Below, one piece after another: positions 1-10,891 of a stretch of DNA of 63,989 nucleotides. Under the pieces are notes generated by a model. It was given only the letters and a program-made list of their open reading frames with translations, did no database searches and was not told the DNA's origin. The position numbers and the translations under genes were made by a program. Location of the stretch: positions 8,103,468 to 8,167,456 of the forward strand of contig CM119268.1 in NCBI GenBank assembly GCA_051294375.1, written 5' to 3'. How positions within the stretch are numbered: position 1 is the stretch's first letter; every line of letters begins with the position of its first letter. This DNA is from Paraspadella gotoi (taxonomy: Eukaryota > Animalia > Chaetognatha).

Positions 1-600
1 GCAGTTGCGCGCCAAATGTCCCGGACGTCGACAGTTGTAACATTCCTTGACGGTCGAGCACGCGCCCGTCGGAGCGGGTCGAGGCTGATTAACGTGGCGA
101 TGATAAAAAGGTTGGCCCACGAATGTCGGGACTGGCTGGAAGATGGGGTAAGCGTAGGTGACGTTGGGATGGGACATTTCCGAACTCGTCGGAACGCAGG
201 GAACTTCCCACGTGGCCGGCGGATAGTGAACTACGGGCATCTCCGGATTGTAGGCGTGCACCGGATAAGGATACCCTGGCCACGGCATTGACGCCATTTC
301 ATGTGGGTAGTAAAATTCGGCGGGTTCCGGAGGAGTGTCGGCGGGGGGAATTTCGCTGGTGTAGTACATGGGATGAAAAATCATAGGATCTTCTTGGAGG
401 TCGGCTGGAGCCTGGTTATTGCAGGGTTCGTCCACCGTCAGGGCTTGAATTTCTTCGATTAATCGGGATTCATCCTCTTCGAAGCCAGGTGAAGACGCCG
501 CATTAGATTCTTCAATCTCCGGTTCCACGCCGCTTTCGATATCTTCCACGCCGGGAGCGGCCAAAGCCGGATCATCTCGTCTATTTTCCGAAAAAGTCAT
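1..600 (-). CDS. 5' part of a CCHC zinc-knuckle protein (acidic and Pro/Tyr-rich N-terminus), running off the window edge
   Basis: ATG at 600, then 200 codons with no stop down to base 1 (MTFSENRRDDPALAAPGVEDIES...). It ends KECYNCRRPGHLARNC, a C-x2-C-x4-H-x4-C knuckle. It is missing from the ORF track, presumably because there is no stop inside the window. Confidence 0.8.
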   Translation of the reverse strand, partial: MTFSENRRDDPALAAPGVEDIESGVEPEIEESNAASSPGFEEDESRLIEEIQALTVDEPCNNQAPADLQEDPMIFHPMYYTSEIPPADTPPEPAEFYYPHEMASMPWPGYPYPVHAYNPEMPVVHYPPATWEVPCVPTSSEMSHPNVTYAYPIFQPVPTFVGQPFYHRHVNQPRPAPTGACSTVKECYNCRRPGHLARNC

Positions 601-2993
601 TTTTTGTTTGGTGACGATCGAGTTACCCAGATTTAATGATATTCGATGAGAACTCTACGAAGGTTGGGCGACGAATTAACTTCGTCGTGAGATTTTCCGC
701 GTAAAAATATACTCCTTTCCAACGCTGACGCAACCTTCTCGCAACCCAGAGTACACGAGACGAAATGAGCTGAGGATAGAAAGAGAGAGTCGCTTCAAGG
801 TTATGCTATATAAGCGGGAATGCTCTTTCTTTCGAGGAGAGCCCGGTTTTTGCGTCAGCATCAGCGACATCTGCGGACCACATTGTCGAGACCACGAGGG
901 AAACACGAGGATAAATCGAGCGAAATCCTCATTGACGAGAAGAAAAGAGGCGGAAGAGGGGAAAGGAAGAGGCGCAGGCCAGCAGCGACGGAGCAGCGAT
1001 CATTATGCAAAATTTTATAAACTAGGTTCGGATAAATAGGGATTATTGACAATAAGCCGGAGTTTTCATAAAAGGAAACTAACTATAAACTCGTGAAAAA
1101 GAAGGACGGAGGATTTCTGTAGTCTTTCTCAACATAAAGTTCAGTAGATATTTTAAAATATTGGAGTGAAAGAGCGAAATAATTTAAAGACACGTGGAAC
1201 AAGGGCTTGTCCGGACCAGATCAAGCTCGGATTGCGTCAGCATTTCCACAACATCTCCCGAGCAAAAAAGATAGAAATTGCAATAAATGCCAACTCATGG
1301 GCGATGACGTGTTAGATTGCGACAAGAATAGAAAGTGAGTCATCCTCGACAGAATCACCGCGGAAAAGAATAGCTTTTCATTGCCACGTGGCTTTACCGT
1401 GTGTTAGGTTATATCTTAAACCTTAATTAGTTAAGAAGATCAACTTTAGGATCAAACAGAAAAGATGTTAAGATTTTACAAAAAAGACATAACAGTGATT
1501 GGACTTCCTTATTATATACTCTCGGCTTAACTAAAAATATTTTTTNNNNNNNNNNTTACAAAAAACACATAACAGTGATTGGAATTCCTTATTATATACT
1601 CTCGGCTTTACTAAAAATATTTTTTATACTCGATAATCATACTATCTCACGTCTAAAGATCCTCGTTTGTTCACTCAAAATTTGTAATGCCGAGAGCTCC
1701 ACTCCAATGTGCATGTTTATTAGCGCAAGGATGTAGGCAAAAATACTTTGATGCAAAAATAAATTTGTTTTCTGATACGTACTAAAGGTTTTAAACAAAA
1801 TTCACTTCAGTAACCAGCAACCAGCAAAATGTCAGACAAAACACTAAAAGGAAAAAGAAAAGTTAAAGGCCAAGAAAAGGGAAAGTATTTCGACATCAAT
1901 GGCACGAGGTCCGTTGATGAAATATGGCAACGGGTTCATTGCATTTACGACTTGTTCATGCTAAACTTGCTAAACTAAAGAAAAACACGCAGTCAAAATT
2001 TCGGCGATCCTGGAGATCTCTAGGAATGCCAAATATTCTTTATATCGTCACCTTTATTAAGTTTATAATCTTCTTTTCTTTTTCATGAAAATTTATAAAA
2101 ATAATGACACTGAAAAGAAAACTTAACTAAAAAATCAGAAAAAGTGAATCACAACACAGAAAAGCCAAACTTTCAAAATCAGTAATTCATATAAGAAATG
2201 GTAAATTTATCATTAACTTGGTATTTGAACCCGGATTTCGATTTAATATTAAACCGCTCGTCGGAGCAAAGTGGAAACTTAATCGGAAATAATTTCCCCC
2301 CCTTCAAAAAAAAGAAGAAAAGAAAAAGAGTCTGACGAATGAAAATTATCCAATGACCATTTAAGTGGTGAATAGAAAATAAAAAATGCAATATTTTTTT
2401 GGGGGAAAGGTGCTAATAAAAACACAGATAATCGGTTCAAGGTACTGGTTTATGAGTTGACTCACTTTGTAGAGCTGATAGGCGCTGGAAAAAATAATAA
2501 ACAATATTTAGTTTAAAATTGTTTTTGTTTGAATAATTTTAAAAATCCTCACTAGTCGCGACGTAGCTTAGAACCTCCTTAGGCCAAACAAATGACTCGC
2601 GTTCAGTTGAGAAAAAAAAAGTGGAAAATAAAGAAAGAACTGTTGGCTTTTGGCTTTTGATCTATAATAAATATATATAAACTATATCATGCAAGATCTC
2701 AACTACATCCTTGCTAAATCTGCTAAATATTTAACTTCGAGGTTCTACGCACTATTTGTTGTTTTTTTCCGTTTTCCGCCTAATTTTAGAAATTCGTATG
2801 TTTCTTACTTCTTTCAATTGTAGTTCAATACTTTTTTGCTTCATGCACTTTTTGAGATATGTTTTTATATTTGATTTTAATTGTAATTTGAAGTGATTAA
2901 TTTTCAATTGTTAATAAGTAGAATGTACTATTTTATTTACATCAATTTTCGAGTTTTTTGGCAAGTAGTCTAGTACATACAAACTAGTAATAT

Positions 2994-5300
2994 TTACGCA
3001 GCCTCCGGAGTAGGGTCTCGTTGATTTTCAGAATTTTCATTGTCATTAGCCGAGAGTTCGTTGTCACCGGCAGACTCCGCTTGAGTTTCTTCTGGCTTTT
3101 CGGAAGAATCCTTAGCTTGTTCAGGTTGTTCCGTAGCGTCATCTTTTACCTCGGCTGATTGTGATCCGACTGTCGGCTCTTCAGTTGATTCCGTTGATTC
3201 CGGAACTTCAGGTTGTTCTGGTGGACTCGGATCTCTATCCTCGTTTTCGGGTTTATCGTTATCAACTTTTGATGGCGCTTCTGGTTCATTTTCCGGTTGA
3301 TCTAATGCTGCGGATACTTCCGAATCCTCATTAGTGCTCAGAACCGGCTCATCCGATACAGGAGCCTCAAGCTCGTTCTCTACTTGAGGTTCATCAGCTA
3401 AGGGAACATCCGTATTCTCAGTTTCCACTTCAGCGTCGGCGGCCAACGTTTGCTCAGGTTGCTCCACCTTGTCGGCCGAAGGAGGGTTTTCATTTTCTGT
3501 CGCAGTCTCTTCTTGGGAAGCTGCTGACTCTATTACTTGAAGACCATTTTCAATGACGACATCCGGAACTTTATTCTCGGGCTCGGCTGAATACACTCCT
3601 CTGATTTCCTCTTCGGTGGTCGGAGGTTCAGGCGCAGCGTTTAAAGCGACTTCTTCTGACGCTGGTATTTCAACCTTTTCGATCACAACTTCTTCCAAAG
3701 CTTCGACTGTGACCGCCACACCTTCGTTCGCTACGTTTTCCTCTGACGCAACACCTAAAAACAAAAAATCTATATGAATTGTTTTCTCTTAATTGTACTA
3801 TATCGTATTTCTGTTAAATTCAACTAATATACAAAATGTTAACTTCCGAGTTCCACCAAAACCATGTAGTGTTGTACCGAACCGATATTCAACATCAACA
3901 TATACAGAACACAAGGAACATTTAAAATCGCACATACGAAGAGGCATTGGTTTTTAGTGTTTCACCACTTTGAGAGTGCGACACCTACGTCTAATGGAAC
4001 TAAAATATAAAACAAATTATATTGCATGTCTTAAGATAGCAAGAACACAAAAGGAACGTTGACAATAATGCAGAAAAAACTTAAAAACCTTCATCTGTTA
4101 AACTAGTAATCTACTACATGTATGTAAATGTATACAAAATATGTTTAGTGACAAATTTGTGGTTGTATTTAAGAATAAAATAAAATAGAACAATCTCTTG
4201 CGAGCTCTTGTAAAGGGAATGTGCCAATGCTCATGTACATATTTAGGGCGCCACTCCATATAAATTTTAGGGATAACGCAACTAAATTTTGTGTCTAGAA
4301 TTCTTACCAGTCGCAGAATCATTTAGATCCTGTTTCTCGGCTTCGTTATCATGAGTTATCTCGGGCAAAGTAGTCAACGCTTCTTTCGGAGCGTCATTGA
4401 CTTCAGGTTCGGCAGTAATTTGTGCGACCAAATCTAAATTTTTCTCCGCCTCTTCTAATTCGACCTTTGTTTCTTCCAGTTCTTGTTTTAATTTCTCTCG
4501 CTCATCCTCCGTCGTTGCTCTTTTAAGATCATCCTTTAGTTCGCTAACCTCTTCTCGTTTTTCATCAACAGTCAAGACAGCCTCGCCTAACATGACGTTC
4601 TTATCGCTTTCTGTCAAATTTTGAGTATTCAAATCTTCATTCAAAATGGCCAAGTCGGTATTCTCCTCCCTTAAAGTCGGTAATACCGCTGTGGAAGCCT
4701 CTACAGTTTCCTCTACAACATTGTTCTCATTGTTCTCAATTTTCGGTTCCGAATTAGGCAGAGAAACTAGAAAATTATTGGCGTCACATCCGAGCGGTCG
4801 TAATAAAAAACAGAAAAAACAAAGAATATTCAAGAAATAAAGGAGTAGTTCGTCAAAAAATAATTCTTTAATCAATTTCAAATAAAGAAAACTTAATAAT
4901 CGTAATTTGAATTTATTAATATACCTGGTTCCGCTTTCTTTTCATCGACTATCTTCTCCACCGGCTTCGTCTCGTCTTCCGTCTGCTCGAGATCCGGCAC
5001 TCTCGCTTCCTCGACGGGCTCCACCCTGAGCGGAGAAACGGCTTGAACCACCGGCTCCTCCTTTCTGCCGGTCGAGGGGGAAAGAGGTCGGGGCCTTTGA
5101 GGAAGAAGTAGGTGGACGAGGTCGAGGAGGTTGATTCGAGGGGGTAAGCCATGATTTGGAGACGGGTGAATCAAGGTGGGGTTGATTCGTTTGATCAAAA
5201 AGGTGCAATCGTTGTAATCAACAGTATTGGTAAAGAAATCATGGAATTGAAAAATTGGTTTGTGCTTTTAAGAATCATTTCAAAATAAATTTTGATTGTG

Positions 5301-5352
<52 letters not shown>

Positions 5353-5473
5353 CTCTCTCCCTCTGTTTTCTCTTTTTCCTTTCGGTGAACCTGTTCGACG
5401 TTCCGCTTTGTGGCCGTTTCGGGGCAGTGACGTCTTTGTCTGACCCGCAAAGCGCAGATGTCGAGGAACCCAT
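2994..5473 (-). CDS. 480-aa acidic low-complexity protein with an N-myristoylation/palmitoylation-type N-terminus (4 exons)
   Basis: Exons 5473-5391, 5064-4925, 4766-4308, 3754-2994. All junctions are GT-AG and in phase, total 1443 nt. It begins MGSSTSALC, has an E/P/A-rich body, and a short coiled-coil-like segment (EKLKQELEETKVELEEAEKNL). Confidence 0.8.
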
Positions 5474-5765
5474 TTGGTGTTCGTTTTGTCTTTCGAATTT
5501 TGTTCAATTGATAAATTTGCATAAGACGTATATGCTGTTCCTTTTGCTCTTTGTTTCCTTTTGGTCGCCCAGCGACCCTTATCCAAACAAAAAATCTGTT
5601 TCAATGTTCTTTATCTTTTATTTAGTATCACGTGAGCGAAGAACATCGATTGAGGAGAAAATCGATTTCGAACAGGAAATTTTAATCGATTATTTTTTTA
5701 AAATTTTTTGCGCCTTTAGAAAACGTTTTTTTGTTCTGATTGTAGATTTATTTTCTCTTTATAAT

Positions 5766-5803
5766 TGTTAGTAATGTTTAAATTTAAACATTACTAACAA
5801 TTA
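5766..5803. repeat. Short perfect palindrome
   Basis: ttgttagtaatgtttaaa/tttaaacattactaacaa. Confidence 0.85.
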
Positions 5804-6185
5804 AAAATACTAAACCATTAAAGTAAAAGAAATTAATTTTGTTTTGTTTAATTTGTAAAGAGTCTTAGAAAAAAGGAAATATTATCATGAGGTCAACGTA
5901 AAACAGGAACAAATTTGCACTACGGAAAAAGAATACTGTAGAAAAAAACTACAGTTTTGGAACCAACCAACTTTTTTCTTTGACTATAATTACCAATGAT
6001 TGAGACAATTATTTTCTAAGAGACTTTAATTTTAGGTAAATATTTAAACAAAAGATATCTATGTAAAAATGTTTATAAACCTTTGACTGATCGTGCATTT
6101 ATAGCTATTTTGTCACTGGTTAAACTGTACATTATCATATTTGTTGTCGTTGTTCCCATGCTTACAAGCTCTTCTTCTTTTTAAC

Positions 6186-6244
<59 letters not shown>

Positions 6245-6615
6245 AATTCAATCGTCAGACTCTAAGGCGCTAACTCGATCGGAACTTGAGCGTCAAGGAT
6301 CCGAAGATCGATTCGAAGACTTCGACAACGGAATTGTCGAAAGAACGAATGTTGATTCGTCGCTAGGCAACGCCCACTCGATCGGAACGAGAAAGTTTTT
6401 CTTTTTCTTCTTTTTTAATTCATTTCTACCAAATGATTTATATTCCACTCATGAATCTAGATCCGCTTTCGAAGCAGTTTCCCTCAAATGTTAAAGCAAT
6501 AACAATCGTTTTTTTTAAAAGTCATTTATGATAAAATTAGAATATTTATTAGGCTGAATGGAAGGGGGTGGAATGAATCATCTGGATAGGCACGAGTCCA
6601 CTAAGTAGTCAGTGT

Positions 6616-6690
6616 TATGAAATTGGTACAACCAATATAAAAATTATCCATTCATTTAATAAATAAGCTATCTTGCCCCTGACTTTGGAT
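6616..6690 (+). repeat. Dispersed repeat family, copy 1
   Basis: atgaaattggtacaaccaatataaaaattatccattcatttaataaa..agctatcttgccc recurs at about 11812-11960, 12085-12150 and 34228-34385, and inverted or decayed at about 8840-8945 and 16306-16331. Confidence 0.8.
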
Positions 6691-7017
6691 ATAATTGTTG
6701 ACATTGTGTTTTGGCTCTCTTTTCGTTGCGTTTAAAATTAAAATTTAGAGAAAAAGAGGTTTTCCATTATTTACAAACAAACAATAAAATTGTTGTTTGT
6801 AAACAATAAAAAATTAGTTTTATCTAAATTTATAGTTTTTATATAATTTTCACGCAACGCAAAAAATATTAATTTTAAAATCGTTGTACTTGTCATCCTT
6901 TGATCGGATCTCCGTGGGAGACATCGATATCTGGCAAAGAGAAGAAGCCTTCTGGATGAATATCTCGTGATCCCGGTTTCATGGTCGAAATAATGGGGTG
7001 AAAGAAAGACTCAAGAG

Positions 7018-7065
<48 letters not shown>

Positions 7066-9481
7066 AATTATAATAGAATTTTTGAGTTTGGCTCAGCTGG
7101 AATCCAAATTGAGGACAATGAGGGACAGCCAGTTTTTTTGTTTTTTTTCAGAAACCAGAATCCATCAGTTCCAAAAAATATTTTTGACCAGCTAATCCTT
7201 TCCCTCCTTGCGAGGCGACACAATTTAGTTTGGTTGATATGAAGCCACACTGAAATGGATTGTTTCTGGCTATTTTCAAAACTAAATATAAACATTTTGA
7301 TGATCAATAAAGGTTCGTTTGTTTGAAATTACGTTATAGGACCTATCTAGGAATACGTTTATAACTAATATGTAGTGTGTAGATAAGGTTTAATTTAAAT
7401 ATTAATGGTTCAACGAATCAATTCTAAATTCACGTCCCCAAAAAAACAGCCTCGAGTCAAACGTCTTTCAAATTTGTGAGAATCACTTCGAGTCCGGTTT
7501 CGGCATCGATCGTTTTCACGTTGTCCTCACCTCCGTGTCCTCACCCTCTCGGCGAAGAATCTGGAGGAGGAAGAGGAAAAAGTCGGCGCCGACCGCAAAC
7601 TGGGGAAAGAATGGGAAAAAACTGACCAAGGATTTTTATCTCTTTTATCGTAGCCCCCCTCGCCCCCCCATTGTTTTATATTTTTAAGACGGCTATCTGC
7701 TATGCTTACTAGAGTGATGTGAAAATGATAAAATATTAGAAAATTAAAATTAATAAAAATAATAATAATTTTTTAGATCGGATTTGGATTCCTTGCAAAA
7801 ATTTGATATAAGAAAGTATCATTCTTTTTTGAAATTTTTTTTTTTATTAAATTAGTCAAAATTATAAAAAATTATATTTAAGATACCGATTTTTAATTTC
7901 CCGCTTAAAAATATAGGTTTTTATAATTTTAACCTACTTAATAATATAATTTTTGAAAAAGATTTATATTTTCTTTTATCAACTTTTAACGAGGAATCAG
8001 AATTTAAAAAAACACATTTAAAAATTTTGATATTATATAAGGGTAATACTATCTATAAAATAAGCTGACTGGGCTACTATATTTGTAAAAAATAAAAAAT
8101 AATTACAGATTAGTATTCACTAATATAATAGTTTTTAAAATATAACTGCTAAATATTGATTCCAAACTTTCACTTCACCCTAATGCTTACTGCTTCGTAT
8201 GGGTCGGCTCCGAAAATGACCGAGTCACACTCACTGAGTTTTTTCCCCGAGAGCAACTCACGATATCAACTCTTTTCAAATTTACTTTAACCGTGTTCAA
8301 GTTAACCAATTCAAAACAGACAATAGTAATAGTATTTATTACCAAAGCTACTTTTAACTTATATACTACGTAGTAAACCGCGCCTTGAGAAGAATGCGAC
8401 GAAAATTCGAGAACTGACAAACCCGTTTTCCGGCTGAATTCACGAAGACAAAGAGGCGACAGGAGGCGTTCACAATTCAAAGGCCATTTGCATTTCCGGT
8501 CGTGGTGATAGACTTTGCCGTTCCAGGTGGAACGGATATGAATTAAGCAAATTTATGGGGGAAAAAAAGAACGTTTAGTCACATAGTTTTTACGATTCAA
8601 TCATGAATACAAATTATGTTCTTTTACGTAGACGGGTAATTCAAGAAAAAGCTTTCAGTCCTTATTTGTAAAATCATTAAAAAAAAAAATTAAATGTTTA
8701 GACAAAAGCGTTTTGAAAACAATATAATAGAGCTTTTGATAGATTACATGTGTAGTTTTTTTTTCAGCCAGGAAGTCTGGGGTTTAATAATCTATACTGT
8801 TGGACTAGATTAGATCTAGACTACACTAGAGTATTGAGTAAAAGCTTCAAGGACTCTTGCCCTTGATATGCTATTAATTAGTTAGAGGGATGAAGGCCTG
8901 AAGCCAACGGAGGGAGCAAGATAACTTATAAAAAATTGGTTGTTCCATTATCATTTTATGTTATATATTATATCTTAATTATACGTTAAGTTTGTTAATG
9001 TCCTTTAATGCTTCCTTCGTTTCATTTTTACTCCTTTTTTATTGATATTATTGTTAAGTTTGTTAATGCCCATTTTCTTTCTTCCTTTATTTCTTTTTCA
9101 TTCATATTTTTTCCATCACATCAACTTCATCATAGAGAGAAGGATGAGGAAGCTGAAAGAGTAAGTCTACTTTGAGGTTGTCGTCATCGTCGTCGACGAC
9201 GACGACCACGATATTTACACCGCGACGGAGAAAAATAGGGGTTTTTGACCGATTCCAGGGTTTGGCCCATAGAACGGGTCAGGCGAAACGGGGAAGAGGA
9301 AGAGTAGATGGGCTCGCCGAAGGTAAGGAGTCGAACTTCGTAAAGAGCTGCGAGGGTCAGTCATTTCGAAACTTGACGACTTTCGTGAAAAATTCCACGG
9401 AAATTTCGTCAAAAAAAGGAATAATAATTAAAAAATAATACGGCTTAACGAAAACGAATTTTACACGAATTAAAGAAAAAA

Positions 9482-10822
9482 ATGTCTGGCAAAGGTAAAT
9501 AATAAATTAAATTCATATCCTATACTTTATTGGTTTTTAACATAAAATATATTCAGAAAATCTTACTTTACCATAAAAACTAACAAAACCGTTAAAAATA
9601 ATTTCAAATAAAGAAAATGTCAAGTACGTGATTTCCTTTTTTATCCAAATAAAATAAGTGATTTTCATGATTATTTTATTTCATATTACGAACTAATTTA
9701 AAAGTATTCTCTCGGTCAAAAAAACAACTTTTTCGACTCACTCGTATTGATAAATACACTAAAACTATTTCCTCTAATAACAAGCTACTCCCGTTACAGG
9801 CAAGAAAAAGCGTAACAAGGGTAACACAATCAGTCTTGGCGAATTTCTCGGCGATGACTCGTCCAAGATGGTTGTCAAAACCTCCGAAACAGACTCCATG
9901 GTCATCGACCGGGCGGAGCTGCCCTCCGCGCCAAGGGCCGCCAGAGAGGGCGACGTCAATAGGGAACGGGTCCCCACGCAGCCCCCCTTCACCGCCTACG
10001 TAGGGAATTTGCCTTATGACACCGAGGAACCGGTAGGACTGCTGGGGGAGCGATTATTTATTTTAGTACTTTACTTATTTTAGTAGTTAATATAGCTGAT
10101 TTATTTATTTTCGTAACTTATTAATTTTTTTAACTTATTTAGCATGTTAAATTCTTTAGCATGGCATTTTTTTTAGAATGGTATATTATTTAGTATGGTA
10201 TATTATTTAGTAATAGTATGGTAACCTATTTGGCATGGTAAATTATTTAGCATAGCAAACTTTTTAGCATATTACTTTATTTAGCATAGCATTTCGGCAG
10301 CATTGTAATTGAATTAGCATAGTAACTTATTCAGCTCAGTAACTTATCGATCTTAGTAAGTTACTGAGTAACTTATTTATTTTCTTAGTTATTTCATTCT
10401 ATATTTAGCTAATCGTTCCTCGCCCCCTTAATTTTTTACAGGAAATCAAATCCTTCTTCCGCGGCCTCGAAATCGTCGGCGTCCGCATTCCGCGCGAGAA
10501 CGAATCCGGGCGCCTCAAAGGCTTCTGCTACGTCGAGTTCGCTTCCAGGGACGACCTCGTGGAAGCGCTGGCCTTCAACGAGGAGAATCTTAAGAACCGA
10601 AAGATCCGCGTCGATTTGGCCGACGAGGGTGGAAAGGTGAGATAGCTATTGTAATTTGTATTCCTTTGTTTATTATTTTTCGTGCTTTGGTTTGATATGT
10701 ATTGTTCAGTATTTTCTTTCTTTTTTTTTTCGTTATTTCATCGTTTTTTCTTGATTCTTCTCTCTCCTTTTTTTAATCTTTTGTTCCTTTTTTTCAGCCG
10801 CTCTCTCTCTCTCTCTCTCTCT

Positions 10823-10891
<69 letters not shown>

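Noticed and set aside
1477-1626. ~70-bp direct repeat flanking a 10-N gap (also 54451-54545)
   Set aside because: Typical overlapping contig ends at a scaffold gap; not biological.
5255-7195. ORFs with RERERE / LSLSLS runs (also near 10682, 18363, 28121, 32747, 51469)
   Set aside because: Translations of (AG)n/(CT)n microsatellites.
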